Shown here in pieces: positions 28,795 to 39,091 of a stretch of 64,000 nt of DNA. The notes under the pieces are model-generated. The model worked only from the letters and a program-made list of their open reading frames with translations, was not told the origin of the DNA and made no database searches. Position 1 is the stretch's first letter, and each line of letters opens with the position of its first letter. Source of the stretch: Spirochaetia bacterium (GTDB lineage: Bacteria; Spirochaetota; Spirochaetia; DSM-2461); the NCBI GenBank assembly GCA_963668315.1, contig OY764216.1, positions 1,120,001 through 1,184,000 on the forward strand. Direction: 5' to 3'. A program made the position numbers and the translations under genes.

Positions 28795-29676
28795 TTACTT
28801 CTCCTCCGTGGTATTTGTGAAGTTGTTTCTCCTGGTCCGCTTGAGCGGATCGGGAATGGGGTAGGCGCTCAGGAGTTTTTTGGTATAGGCATCCTGGGGA
28901 TTGGCGAAAATCTCGTGAACGTCTCCGGTCTCAACGATTTTGCCCTTGTTCATAACAATGATCCTGTCGCTGATATACTTGACCGCGCCCAGCCCGTGGG
29001 CGATGAAAAGCACGGTGAGGTTCAATTCTTTCTGGAGATCCTTGAGAAGGTTCAGAACCTGGACCTGGATGGATACGTCCAGTGCCGATACGGGCTCGTC
29101 GCAGACGAGAAGCTTCGGATTGACGCTCAGCGCCCGGGCTATGCCGATTCTCTGTCTCTGGCCGCCGGAGAACTCATGGGGGTACCGGTCGGCGGAGCTT
29201 TCCGGAATTCCTACCAGATCTAGAAGATGAAGTACGCGCTTCCACCTCTCCTGACGGTCTTTCATACCGTGAACATAGAGAGCCTCGGCCAGCATTTCTC
29301 CGATCTTCTGCCGGGGATTGAGGGAGGAGTAGGGATCCTGAAACACAATCTGGAAGTTTTTCCTGGCCAGAAGAAGCTCTGTACCGTTAAGCGTGCTTAT
29401 ATCCTGTCCGTCAAACCAGATCCTGCCGTCCGTAACGTTTTCCAGCCGAACGATCAAGCGGGCCATGGTGGACTTTCCGCATCCCGATTCGCCCACGAGA
29501 CCGAGCATTTCTCCCTCAAAAATTTTAAAGGAAACCCCGTCCACGGCCTTTACGAATTCAGGCTCGGAGGAACGGCGGAGAGAGCTCTTGCCGATGGGGT
29601 AGTGTTTCTTGACTTCCTGAACCGTCAGCAGGGTTTTCCGGGATTCTTTCATTTTATCGCTAATATTCTCAGCCAT
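28795..29676 (-). CDS. Peptide ABC transporter ATPase (OppF/DppF-like)
   Basis: [25 protein letters not shown]. Confidence 0.93.
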   Translation of the reverse strand: MAENISDKMKESRKTLLTVQEVKKHYPIGKSSLRRSSEPEFVKAVDGVSFKIFEGEMLGLVGESGCGKSTMARLIVRLENVTDGRIWFDGQDISTLNGTELLLARKNFQIVFQDPYSSLNPRQKIGEMLAEALYVHGMKDRQERWKRVLHLLDLVGIPESSADRYPHEFSGGQRQRIGIARALSVNPKLLVCDEPVSALDVSIQVQVLNLLKDLQKELNLTVLFIAHGLGAVKYISDRIIVMNKGKIVETGDVHEIFANPQDAYTKKLLSAYPIPDPLKRTRRNNFTNTTEEK

Positions 29677-30649
29677 GTTTTACTCCTTCCGCCAGCCAGC
29701 AACGAATCTTATGGTTTCCATCGGTAGTGAAAACGGGCGGATTATTGGTTTTGCACTTATCCATCGCCATGGAACAGCGCTCGCAGAAACGGCAGCCTTC
29801 GGGCATATCCCTGAGGCTGGGGACGTTTCCAGGAATGGATTTCAACCGTTCGGTGAAATCGTCCGAAACATTCGGAATGGAACCCATGAGCCCCTTGGTA
29901 TAGGGGTGGGTCGGCGATTGAAACAGGGTGAAAACGTCGGCTTCCTCCACAATCTGTCCGGCGTACATAACAATAACTCTGTCCGCCATTTCCGCGACGA
30001 CTCCGAGGTCGTGGGTTATCAGCAGAATGGATGCTTCCGATTCCTTCCTGAGGTCCTCCATCAGGTCCAGAATCTGGGCCTGAATCGTTACGTCAAGGGC
30101 CGTGGTCGGTTCGTCGGCGATAAGCAGATCGGGTGAGCAGAGCATAGCCATGGCGATCATGACCCGCTGCCTCATCCCTCCCGAAAGGGTCCCGGGATAG
30201 TCGGCGAAAACTTTGTCCGCCCGGGGAATCCCGACTTTTTCCAGCCAGGAGATACAGACTTTCTTTCCCTCTTCTTTGGAGAGGCCTTTGTGGATCTCGA
30301 GGGGCTCGAGCATCTGACGGCCGATGGTCAGTACGGGATTCAGGGAGGTCATGGGTTCCTGAAAAATCATGGAAATCCGGTTGCCCCTGAGTTTCTTCAT
30401 TTTATCGGGACTCAGAGTCGCGATGTCCTCATCTCCAAAGGCGATGCTGCCCTTCTTTATGATACCGTTCTTTCCCAGCAGTCTCATGAGAGACATGGCC
30501 GTCACACTCTTTCCGCAGCCCGATTCGCCCACTATGGAAAGAACTTCTCCCTTTTTAATGGAAAAAGAGATATTCTCCACGCAGACAAGCTCGCCGTCGT
30601 CGGTGTTGAACGCTATCTGTAAATCCTTAACGTCAATTATATTATCCAT
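29669..30649 (-). CDS. Peptide ABC transporter ATPase (OppD/DppD-like)
   Basis: [28 protein letters not shown] and a Cys-rich C-terminus. Confidence 0.93.
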   Translation of the reverse strand: MDNIIDVKDLQIAFNTDDGELVCVENISFSIKKGEVLSIVGESGCGKSVTAMSLMRLLGKNGIIKKGSIAFGDEDIATLSPDKMKKLRGNRISMIFQEPMTSLNPVLTIGRQMLEPLEIHKGLSKEEGKKVCISWLEKVGIPRADKVFADYPGTLSGGMRQRVMIAMAMLCSPDLLIADEPTTALDVTIQAQILDLMEDLRKESEASILLITHDLGVVAEMADRVIVMYAGQIVEEADVFTLFQSPTHPYTKGLMGSIPNVSDDFTERLKSIPGNVPSLRDMPEGCRFCERCSMAMDKCKTNNPPVFTTDGNHKIRCWLAEGVKHG

Positions 30650-31816
30650 CTATTTGTCCTCATACTTTTTAAGAAGTGCCAGGGCGCCATTGACCATCAC
30701 CTTCACTCCCGCTCCCAGGGCAGCTTCGTCAAGGTTGAACTGGGGATGATGGAGGGGATTCCCCTTGCCTTCATCGCCGCCCTTTATTCCCAGGAAGTAA
30801 AAGCAGCCGGGAATATATTTCTGATATTCCCCGAAATCCTCTCCACCCATAAAAGGTGCCCTGGGAATGACGTTTTCATCTCCCAGCACAGCTTTGGCTG
30901 TCTCTTCCAGGAGCGCGGTCACCTCCCTGTCGTTGATAACGCAGGGGTAGCCCTCAATGAACTCAAAGGAGCCCCGGGCGTTATTGCACCGGCATACGCC
31001 TTCGATAATCTGCTCCATGCGGGATTTGATCAGATCACGGGTTTCCACATTGAATGTCCGGACCGTGCCGCACAGCTCGGCTTTGCCGGGAATGACGTTA
31101 TGGGTCGTTCCCCCGTGGAACTGGGTTATGGAAAGAACCGCGTTCTCCATGGGGCCGACATTACGGGAAATGATCGTCTGAAAATTCTGGGCTATCTGAA
31201 CTCCGATCATAATCGGATCAATTGTTTCCTGTGGAATAGCTCCATGGCCGCCTTTGCCGGTTATCACAACTTTGAATTCATCCGGTTCCGCCATGGCGGG
31301 GCCGTAGGTTATCCCGACTTTTCCCGATTCGACATCCGGCGCCACATGGGTTCCCAGAATGGCCGAAACTCCTTCCAGGGCTCCGGCTTTGACGAAGTCC
31401 ACGGCTCCTCCCGGGGAAAGTTCTTCTCCATGCTGGAAGAAAAACCGTATTTCCCCGTTCCAGCTCTCTCTGGTCGAGTGGAGCGACAGAAGGGTTCCCA
31501 GAAGCATGGCCGTATGGGAATCATGACCGCAGGCATGCATGACACCGGGATTCTTGGAGATATAATCAACGCTATTCTCTTCGGTAATGGGAAGGGCGTC
31601 CATATCCCCGCGAAGGGCTATGACCGGCCCGGGACCGTTTCCGCGCAGTACGGCAAGCAGACCTGTCCGGGCGGGTCTTGATATTTCCACTCCCTCAAGA
31701 GAACTGACGATTCCGTAGATATATTCTGTTGTTTTCTCTTCATGAAAGGAGAGCTCCGGATTTTCATGCAGATAGCGTCTCCAGGTTATGACTTTTTTAA
31801 TAATTTCTTCATTCAT
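30650..31816 (-). CDS. M20D family amidohydrolase (second paralog)
   Basis: RRYLHENPELSFHE, RGDMDALP, MHACGHD, QHGEE, GGEDF, HHP. Confidence 0.93.
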   Translation of the reverse strand: MNEEIIKKVITWRRYLHENPELSFHEEKTTEYIYGIVSSLEGVEISRPARTGLLAVLRGNGPGPVIALRGDMDALPITEENSVDYISKNPGVMHACGHDSHTAMLLGTLLSLHSTRESWNGEIRFFFQHGEELSPGGAVDFVKAGALEGVSAILGTHVAPDVESGKVGITYGPAMAEPDEFKVVITGKGGHGAIPQETIDPIMIGVQIAQNFQTIISRNVGPMENAVLSITQFHGGTTHNVIPGKAELCGTVRTFNVETRDLIKSRMEQIIEGVCRCNNARGSFEFIEGYPCVINDREVTALLEETAKAVLGDENVIPRAPFMGGEDFGEYQKYIPGCFYFLGIKGGDEGKGNPLHHPQFNLDEAALGAGVKVMVNGALALLKKYEDK

Positions 31817-31890
31817 CTTGCAAAACTCTTCTCAGTTATCAATTTTGAAACCCATTCCGTCAAACGGAATTGTGGATGATACTCCCATAG

Positions 31891-31907
31891 TGCAATTACC
31901 GGGCCAA
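31891..31907 (-). promoter_or_regulatory. Sigma54 (-24/-12) promoter
   Basis: Minus strand TTGGCCCGGTAATTGCA: GG-N10-GC, close to TGGCAC-N5-TTGC, about 75 nt upstream of the first amidohydrolase ATG, with an AT-rich region upstream. Confidence 0.75.
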
Positions 31908-32147
31908 TTAGATCATTCACTGAATAAATAAAGAGTAGAGAAGAAAAAAAGAATTCGGGGAAAAAAAGAATCGTACTTGGGTGTATGAAAAGTTACGAAT
32001 AAGTACATATATGTAGTGTTTTCCAAGAGGTAAAATATGTGTTTATTAAACGAAATAAGAAGGGAAAGAGGGAAATCCTACGATTTTTACTCTTTCCTTA
32101 CCCGTCATACACGAATGTGATGCCCGGGAAGGAAAGGATTGGTTTAT

Positions 32148-33311
32148 TTATCTGAAAGCCTTTGACAGAATCTCTTCTGTATCCTTCGGTGCCAGAGTCT
32201 TTCTGTCCATACCGAATAAGCCTCCCATCGCATCATGGGCATTCCGGGCCAGGACGGGAATTTCATCCCTGCCGATTCCGTATTCGGACATTTTAAGATT
32301 ATCTACACGGCACTCTTCCTGCATTTTCTTCAGGGCCCGCAGGAAGCCGTGGGCGGATGCCTCCTCTCCCATCACCTGGCCCATAACGGCGAGACGTTCC
32401 GGGCAGACCTGCGCGAACGTCTCGAAGTAGGAGAGACTGAGCATGATCAAACCGGCTCCGTGGGGCAGTTCGGGATGATAGGCGCTCAGGGCATGTTCCA
32501 TGGAGTGTTCCGATGTACAGGACGACGTGGATTCCACCATACCCGACAGGGTATTGGCCAGAGCCACGTAGCTGCGTGCTTCCAGATCGGATCCGTCGGC
32601 CACGGCGCGGGGGAGGTAGCTGCTCAGCAGTTCGATGCTTTTAAGGGCATAGGCGTCGCTCACCGGGGTGGCTATGGTGGCAATATATCCCTCCGCGGCA
32701 TGGAAAAAGGCGTCGAAGCCCTGATAGGCTGTCAGATGGGGAGGAACGGATGTCATGAGTTCCGGATCGATGATGGAGAGAGCCGGATAGGTATCGTCCG
32801 TTCCGAAACCGATTTTCTCCTTCGTCTCCAGATTGGTGATGACGGTCCAGGGGTCGGCCTCCGTACCCGTGCCGGCGGTCGTCGTTATGGCAACAACAGG
32901 CAGAGCGCCGTTGGGCACCGGCAGACCTTTTCCGGTTCCGCCGAAAATGTAGTCCCAGTAGTCACCGGGGTTTTTCGCCATGACGGCGATGCTCTTGGCC
33001 GAGTCGATACTGCTTCCCCCTCCCAGACCCAGGACGAAATCACAGTTCTCTTTCTTTGCCAGAGCGGCTCCTTCCATGACATGGTCCTTGATGGGATTGG
33101 GGAGAATCTTGTCAAATACCACCGAATCGGCTCCGTTCTTTTTCAGGAGAGCCTCTACACGGTCCAGATAACCGTACTTTCTCATGGAGGTTCCCGAGGA
33201 AATAACGATCAGGGCTTTCCTGCCGGGCAGGGCGGCGTTTCCGAGTTCTTCCAGCTTTCCGGCACCGAAAATCAATCTGGTGGGAATACGGTAATCAAAA
33301 CTTACTGACAT
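32148..33311 (-). CDS. Iron-containing alcohol dehydrogenase
   Basis: LGGGSSID, TTAGTGTE, DAFFHAAE, HSMEH...HG; start 33311 with SD GAGGAG. Confidence 0.93.
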   Translation of the reverse strand: MSVSFDYRIPTRLIFGAGKLEELGNAALPGRKALIVISSGTSMRKYGYLDRVEALLKKNGADSVVFDKILPNPIKDHVMEGAALAKKENCDFVLGLGGGSSIDSAKSIAVMAKNPGDYWDYIFGGTGKGLPVPNGALPVVAITTTAGTGTEADPWTVITNLETKEKIGFGTDDTYPALSIIDPELMTSVPPHLTAYQGFDAFFHAAEGYIATIATPVSDAYALKSIELLSSYLPRAVADGSDLEARSYVALANTLSGMVESTSSCTSEHSMEHALSAYHPELPHGAGLIMLSLSYFETFAQVCPERLAVMGQVMGEEASAHGFLRALKKMQEECRVDNLKMSEYGIGRDEIPVLARNAHDAMGGLFGMDRKTLAPKDTEEILSKAFR

Positions 33312-33417
33312 AGTTTTTTCTCCTCTATACATTAGAATACCAGCAAAAGGGGAGAAAGGGTTTTTTTTTCTGTTTTTTTTTGCCGCCTGTGTTATGCTAA
33401 TCCCCGGAGAAACGGAT

Positions 33418-34413
33418 ATGATTATTAAAACGACTTCCTATCCCCGGGCGGCCCTGATCGGGAACCCTTCGGACGGATATTTTGGAAAGACCATCGCCTT
33501 TACCTACGGAAACTTTCAGGCGGATATTACCCTTTATCCCACCGATGAACTTCGCATACTGCCGGGGCAGAGAGACGTTTCCCGCTACGGCGGAATAGCG
33601 GCTTTGAGTGATGACGTCAAGCATTTCGGGTACTACGGCGGCGTCCGCCTTATCAAGGCGGCCATCAGGAAATTCTACCTCTGGTGCCAGGAGCATTACA
33701 AGCCGCTCCATGACCGGAACTTTACCATCCGCTACCACTCCAATATTCCCCTCCATCTGGGCATGGCCGGTTCGAGCGCCATCGTAACGGCCGTTATGAG
33801 GGCTCTTCTGGAGTACTATAAAGTGGAGATTCCCCAGCCCCTTCTGGCGAACCTTATCCTTTCGGTTGAGACGGAGGAGCTTTCCATCGGGGCGGGGCTT
33901 CAGGACCGGGTGGCCCAGGTTTACCGGGGCATAACCTACATGGATTTCGACAAGACCCATATGGATGAAAAGGGCTACGGGATTTACGAACCGCTGAAAA
34001 TCCCCGGGGATCTGCTTCTCTATATCGCTTATAAAAGGGATAATTCCGAGGGTTCCGAGGTGGTTCATAATGATCTCCGCTACCGTTATGACAAGGGAGA
34101 CAAGGACGTTCATAAAGCCATGGAAAAGTTCGGCCGTATCACGCTGGATTTCAGAAAAGCCCTGAATGACAAGGATTATGAGTCCATTCACCAGCTTATG
34201 AATGCCAACTTCGACCTGCGCCGGCAGATAATGCACGTTTCGAAGGAAAACCTGAGAATGGTCGAACTGGCCCGATCCGCCGGGGCTTCCGCTAAATTCA
34301 CGGGAAGCGGCGGTGCCGTTATCGGAACCTGCCCCGATAAAAACGTCCTGGAGAATCTGAAGAAGACTTTAAGCGGGGAAGGAATCGATCTGATTATCCC
34401 CCGCATCGTATAA
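33418..34413 (+). CDS. GHMP kinase, glucuronokinase-like
   Basis: RAALIGNPSDGYFGKTIA, YYGGVRL, NIPLHLGMAGSSA, AGLQDRVAQVY, KFTGSGGAV; start 33418 with SD GGAG. Confidence 0.82.
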   Translation: MIIKTTSYPRAALIGNPSDGYFGKTIAFTYGNFQADITLYPTDELRILPGQRDVSRYGGIAALSDDVKHFGYYGGVRLIKAAIRKFYLWCQEHYKPLHDRNFTIRYHSNIPLHLGMAGSSAIVTAVMRALLEYYKVEIPQPLLANLILSVETEELSIGAGLQDRVAQVYRGITYMDFDKTHMDEKGYGIYEPLKIPGDLLLYIAYKRDNSEGSEVVHNDLRYRYDKGDKDVHKAMEKFGRITLDFRKALNDKDYESIHQLMNANFDLRRQIMHVSKENLRMVELARSAGASAKFTGSGGAVIGTCPDKNVLENLKKTLSGEGIDLIIPRIV

Positions 34414-34463
34414 ACAAGGAAATGTGCGGCAGGAAAGATCCGGTTCCGCACGAAGGAGTACTC

Positions 34464-35336
34464 ATGGTTAAAAAAGCCGTCATTCCCGCCGCGGGATTCG
34501 GGACCCGGTTCCTGCCCGCCACGAAAAGCCAGCCCAAAGAGATGCTGCCCATTGTGGATACCCCGACCATACAGTATGTGGTTCAGGAGGCGATTGATGC
34601 GGGTATCACCGATATCCTGCTCATCATCGGAAGGGGAAAGAGAACCCTGGAAGAATATTTCAGCATCAACTATGAACTGGAAGATCAGCTCCGGGAAAAA
34701 AAGAAGCAGGCCGAACTGGACCTGATTAATTTTCTCCCCTCCCATGTGGCCGTTCACTTTATCTGGCAGCATGAGCAGAACGGTCTGGGCGACGCGATCA
34801 AGTATGCCCGCCACCATGTGGGCGACGAGCCTTTTGCCGTGCTTCTGGGAGACACGGTTCTTGAGTCATTCACCGGCAAACCGGTGACCCGCCATCTCAT
34901 CGATGTATACGACCGATACGAAGAGGGCGTTTTCGCCCTGGAAGAGGTGGCCCCCGAACTGGTCAGCCGCTACGGTGTTATCGACGGGGAAGACCTGGGA
35001 CAGGGAATCTTCAAAATCGCCGACATGGTGGAGAAGCCTGCCATGGATGAAGCCCCGTCCAATCTGGTCGTGGCGAGCCGTTATGTCCTTCCCCCGGAGA
35101 TTTTCACCGCCCTCGATGTGGTGGAACCGGGCAAGGGCGGGGAGATTCAGCTTACCGATGCCCTTCGCCTGCTTATGAAAGATCAGCCCATGTACGGCTA
35201 CAGAATAGACGGTATCCGCCATGATATGGGGAACAAACTGGAGTTTCTGAAAACCAATATTCATTACGGGCTTAAGCATAAGGACCTGGCCGAAGGGCTT
35301 AAGGATTATCTGAGAGAGCTGGTCAAGACATTCTGA
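34464..35336 (+). CDS. galU: UTP--glucose-1-phosphate uridylyltransferase family
   Basis: KAVIPAAGFGTRFLPATKSQPKEMLP, VEKP, GEIQLTDAL; start 34464 with SD AAGGAG. Confidence 0.92.
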   Translation: MVKKAVIPAAGFGTRFLPATKSQPKEMLPIVDTPTIQYVVQEAIDAGITDILLIIGRGKRTLEEYFSINYELEDQLREKKKQAELDLINFLPSHVAVHFIWQHEQNGLGDAIKYARHHVGDEPFAVLLGDTVLESFTGKPVTRHLIDVYDRYEEGVFALEEVAPELVSRYGVIDGEDLGQGIFKIADMVEKPAMDEAPSNLVVASRYVLPPEIFTALDVVEPGKGGEIQLTDALRLLMKDQPMYGYRIDGIRHDMGNKLEFLKTNIHYGLKHKDLAEGLKDYLRELVKTF

Positions 35337-35402
35337 CCGGAAGACGGCCATCACAGGTCCGCCGGCGTATAATAAATATTCCCATGTAATAAAGAGGTTG
35401 CC

Positions 35403-36806
35403 GTGTTCGAAAAAAGCGTATATATAGAGCGTAGACAAAAACTGATGAACCGTATGGGGAGCGGGCTGATTCTCCTTTTAGGCAACGGAGACTCGCCCCG
35501 GAATTTCCGGGACAACGCCTATTCCTTCCGTCAGGACAGCAGTTTCCTCTACTACTTCGGTCTGAACCACAGCGGTTTTGACGGTCTTCTGGACTGCGAG
35601 TCGGGAGAAGTCTCCCTTTTCGCCGATGATCTGACCATCGATGATTATGTCTGGACCGGAGTCCAGCCCACCGTGGCCGATCTGGCCCGTACGAGCGGAG
35701 TGGACAGAGCTTTCACTTCCGACAAACTGCCGGCTCTGATCGACGGAGCCCTCTCCGCCGGTCGGACGATCCATACGCTCCCCCCCTACAGGGCGGAGCA
35801 CAGCCTTAAACTGGGGCGGCTCTTTCATCGGAATCCGGCGGTTGATTCTTTCGAGGCTTCGCGGGCTCTTATTGAAGCCGTGGCGGACCAGAGAAACCAT
35901 AAGGAAGATCGGGAAATTGAAGAGATCGTAAAGGCGGTCGACGTAAGCGTGGATATGCACTGTGCGGCCATGAGACTCTGCCGTCCCGGGATTACCGAGG
36001 CGGCCATTGCGGCGGAAGTGGAAAGAACCGCCCGGGCTCAGGGGATGGAGTCGGCCTTTACCGTTATCGCCACAAAAAACGGGCAGACCCTTCACAACCA
36101 TTATTACGGAAATACCCTGGCCGAGGGAGATCTTTTTCTCCTCGACGCCGGAGCGGAGACCGCCCGCGGCTATGCGGGGGATCTCTCCAGCACCGTTCCC
36201 GTGGGCGGACGTTTCACCCCCCGTCAGCGGGAGATTTACGATCTGTCGCTCCGGGCCCATGACCGGGCCATTGAACTGCTGGCGCCGGGAGTGTCCTTTG
36301 TTTCTGTTTATTATGAGTCCGCCCGGGTTATCGTGGAGGGGCTGAAAGATCTGGGAATCATGAAAGGTTCCGTACAGAGTGCTCTGGAACAGGGCGCCCA
36401 CGCCATGTTTTTCCCCTGCGGCCTCGGCCATCTCATGGGGCTGGACGTGCATGATATGGAGAACCTGGGCGAAGAGATTGTAGGGTACGGCGGCAAGGAG
36501 AAATCCGCCCAGTTCGGGCTGAAATCCCTGCGGCTGGGCCGTGAGCTGGAACCGGGATTCGTCCTCACCATTGAGCCGGGAATTTATTTCATCCCCGAGC
36601 TCATGGATTTATGGTCCTCCCGCGGCCTGCATAGGGAATTCATCGATTACACCGAACTGAACAAATACCGGGACTTCGGCGGTATCAGGAATGAGGAGAA
36701 CTTCCTCATTACCGGGAACGGGGCCGAGCGTCTGGGAAAAGAGAAGCCCAAGACGGCGGAGGATGTGGAGGCTATAACAGGTTCCGGATCTCTTCAAGCC
36801 GGCTGA
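35403..36806 (+). CDS. pepP: Xaa-Pro aminopeptidase (M24B)
   Basis: FRQDSSFLYYFG, LLDAGAE...YAGD, GHLMGLDVHD, TIEPGIYF, GGIRNE. Confidence 0.9.
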   Translation: MFEKSVYIERRQKLMNRMGSGLILLLGNGDSPRNFRDNAYSFRQDSSFLYYFGLNHSGFDGLLDCESGEVSLFADDLTIDDYVWTGVQPTVADLARTSGVDRAFTSDKLPALIDGALSAGRTIHTLPPYRAEHSLKLGRLFHRNPAVDSFEASRALIEAVADQRNHKEDREIEEIVKAVDVSVDMHCAAMRLCRPGITEAAIAAEVERTARAQGMESAFTVIATKNGQTLHNHYYGNTLAEGDLFLLDAGAETARGYAGDLSSTVPVGGRFTPRQREIYDLSLRAHDRAIELLAPGVSFVSVYYESARVIVEGLKDLGIMKGSVQSALEQGAHAMFFPCGLGHLMGLDVHDMENLGEEIVGYGGKEKSAQFGLKSLRLGRELEPGFVLTIEPGIYFIPELMDLWSSRGLHREFIDYTELNKYRDFGGIRNEENFLITGNGAERLGKEKPKTAEDVEAITGSGSLQAG

Positions 36807-37464
36807 TCTCGTAGGTGGGGGAAGCCGTCCCGTCATTGAGCAGCTCGTCCGGGTTGAACCAGCAGCTGTCTATGCCGAAGGCATCGGCTCCCGCCATGTC
36901 GGATGTCAGACTGTCGCCTATCATCAATACTTCATCCTTGCGGTAATCATAGCCTTCCATGGCCTTTTCAAAGTAGGCGGGGAGAGGTTTTTGAAAGCCG
37001 ATTTCCTGGGAGATCGCCAGCCGGTCGAAATGTCCCTTCAAGCCCGCTCTGGTCAGTCTGCCTCTCTGAATACGAGCCAGGCCGTTGGTCGCCAGAATGA
37101 GAATATACTTCCCCCTGAGGTAATCAAGAAACTCCCGCCCCCCCTCGATGAGGAAGTCCCCTTCCTCGAGCCGGGACAGATAGTATTCTCCCATCTCTTC
37201 AGGGGACAGGGCGGGTTTTTCCCTCTTCCCCAGCTCCCCGCACAGCGCCGAAAAACGGGCGGCGTTGATTTTTCCGGGATCCATCGTTCCCTCCTCCAGC
37301 ATCTCCCAGGCTTTCCTGTTCTCCTCCAGGAAGGTGTTTATGAAAAGATCCCTGTCCTTCCACCCTATATAGTCTATTGTTTTATTCAATGCCCGCATCT
37401 CTGACTTCTTGAAGTCCAGAAATGTTCCGTCCGCATCTATTAAAAGGTATTTATACTGTTTCAT
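36772..37464 (-). CDS. HAD-superfamily hydrolase (YjjG-like nucleotidase)
   Basis: DADGTFLDF, ATNG, KP, MIGDSLTSD; start 37464 inferred from a leaderless promoter TTGCCC-17-TACAGT-6-ATG. Confidence 0.88.
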   Translation of the reverse strand: MKQYKYLLIDADGTFLDFKKSEMRALNKTIDYIGWKDRDLFINTFLEENRKAWEMLEEGTMDPGKINAARFSALCGELGKREKPALSPEEMGEYYLSRLEEGDFLIEGGREFLDYLRGKYILILATNGLARIQRGRLTRAGLKGHFDRLAISQEIGFQKPLPAYFEKAMEGYDYRKDEVLMIGDSLTSDMAGADAFGIDSCWFNPDELLNDGTASPTYEISRLEEIRNLL

Positions 37465-37690
37465 AGGAGTACTGTAGACTATCGGGGACTTCGGGGCAAG
37501 TCCGTCCTCCCGGCCTCCGCCATCATTATTACGGCAGGGAAAGGGCAAAAAAAACACAAGCTTCACAGGATCATCACGGAGAGGAAAAAAAACGCTCTTT
37601 TTTTTAAATTTTCATTCATTTCTCACGTTAAGAAAAGTGAAATGTTTGACGGTTTATGCTCTTCGTGCTACATTGTAATGGGAGTGTAAC

Positions 37691-39091
37691 ATGAAGAATG
37701 TTTTATATGCTTTTATGATCTTATTGGCAACTCTTTTTCTGTTTGCCGGCTGTGGCTCCGAACCGGAAACCACAGAGGAAGTTACAGAGGAACCCGCCGT
37801 TGTCACCCCTGAAGAAACGGCTCCTCCCGTTGAAGAGGCCGCAGTGAAGGAACCGGAACCGGAGCCTGTCGACCTTTCATTTCTTGACGATGCGGAAGCA
37901 GCGCTTCTCAGAGCAGGAGAAGTAGGCGCCGCGGAATTCCATCCCGACCGTTTTAACGATCTGGCCGTGGAACTGGAAGATATCAAGGCTCTGGCTGAAA
38001 CCGATCCGGAAAGCGCCAAAGAGAGAAGCGACGCTCTTATTGCCGCCGCCAATAAGCTCTATGACGATTCCCTCGTCTCCGTCAGGGATTATTATTCTGC
38101 TCAGATGGACAAAATGGATAAGACGCTTCTTGAGATGGAAGCGGATAAATACGCCGCCAAATCCTGGGCTCTCACGGTTATCATGAGAGAGGATACGGAA
38201 AAGAAATTTCTTGAAGGCGACTACAGCGGCGCCCGTTTCGCCTACCGTGAAACCATGACGGCCAAGCAGAGTCTCAAAGACGGGCTCGAGAACAACATAG
38301 CCTGGATAAATATCCTGATCCGCGACACCGAAATGTATCTGTCCGATGCGGAAGATCTGGAAGCCTATATCTGGGCCGAAGATGAGCTGGACAGGGCCGA
38401 CGGGCTCCTGGAGGAAGGACGGGTTCATTACGCCGATTACGATCTGAAGGCGGCTGAGAAATCCCTTCTCGAAGCAAAGGCCATTGCCCGGCAGATTGCT
38501 CAGGGCGGCGGCAGGATGCAGCAGATTAATAAAACCGACTCTCTCCTCGTTGATGTCATGAAAGCCATTGAGAATGCTTCCAACATGACCATCGTTGATG
38601 AAGAGGGCAATATTATCGATCCTAATCCCTGGAAGGGCGAGGATTACCTCCAGCAGAATCCTCTGAAGGAACTCAAGAACGATGTGGAGAAAGAGGAGGA
38701 GGAGAGTAACCTCAAGGATTACGTCCCCGCCGACGGTTCCACCGATGTCATGGGCGAAGATGAAGAAGCCGACACCAGTTACCTCCTTACCGCCCAGAAA
38801 CTATGGGAAAAAGGGGTCGAAGCCCGTAATGCCGAGAATCTGGAGCTGGCGAATGAGTACTTCCACCAGGCGAAGATTTTCGTTGAAGCTTACCAGAGCA
38901 ATGCGGTGAGCGACTTCTATACGGTTGTCGGTCGCCAGGTCGATACGGATTGTCTGTGGCGTATCTCCGAATATGATTTTGTCTATGATAATCCTTTTCT
39001 CTGGCCGAAAATCTGGAGAAGAAATAAAAGGCTTATTCAGAATCCCGACTTGATCTATCCCGGACAGGTATTGATCATTCCCCCCAAATGA
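37691..39091 (+). CDS. Helical lipoprotein with C-terminal LysM domain
   Basis: Lipobox FAGC, acidic Pro-rich linker, helical repeats, C-terminal DCLWRIS...WPKIWRRN...IQNPDLIYPGQVLIIP. Confidence 0.85.
   Translation: MKNVLYAFMILLATLFLFAGCGSEPETTEEVTEEPAVVTPEETAPPVEEAAVKEPEPEPVDLSFLDDAEAALLRAGEVGAAEFHPDRFNDLAVELEDIKALAETDPESAKERSDALIAAANKLYDDSLVSVRDYYSAQMDKMDKTLLEMEADKYAAKSWALTVIMREDTEKKFLEGDYSGARFAYRETMTAKQSLKDGLENNIAWINILIRDTEMYLSDAEDLEAYIWAEDELDRADGLLEEGRVHYADYDLKAAEKSLLEAKAIARQIAQGGGRMQQINKTDSLLVDVMKAIENASNMTIVDEEGNIIDPNPWKGEDYLQQNPLKELKNDVEKEEEESNLKDYVPADGSTDVMGEDEEADTSYLLTAQKLWEKGVEARNAENLELANEYFHQAKIFVEAYQSNAVSDFYTVVGRQVDTDCLWRISEYDFVYDNPFLWPKIWRRNKRLIQNPDLIYPGQVLIIPPK

Noticed and set aside
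31920..32115. AT-rich 200-bp gap as a small RNA or foreign insert
   Set aside because: It is adequately explained as the upstream activating region of the sigma54 promoter; the short inverted matches (GTGTATGA/TCATACAC) are too weak to call.
33361..33381. Twin T9 tracts as a phase-variable promoter
   Set aside because: Similar A/T runs occur in many intergenic regions here, and there is no evidence of length variation without reads.
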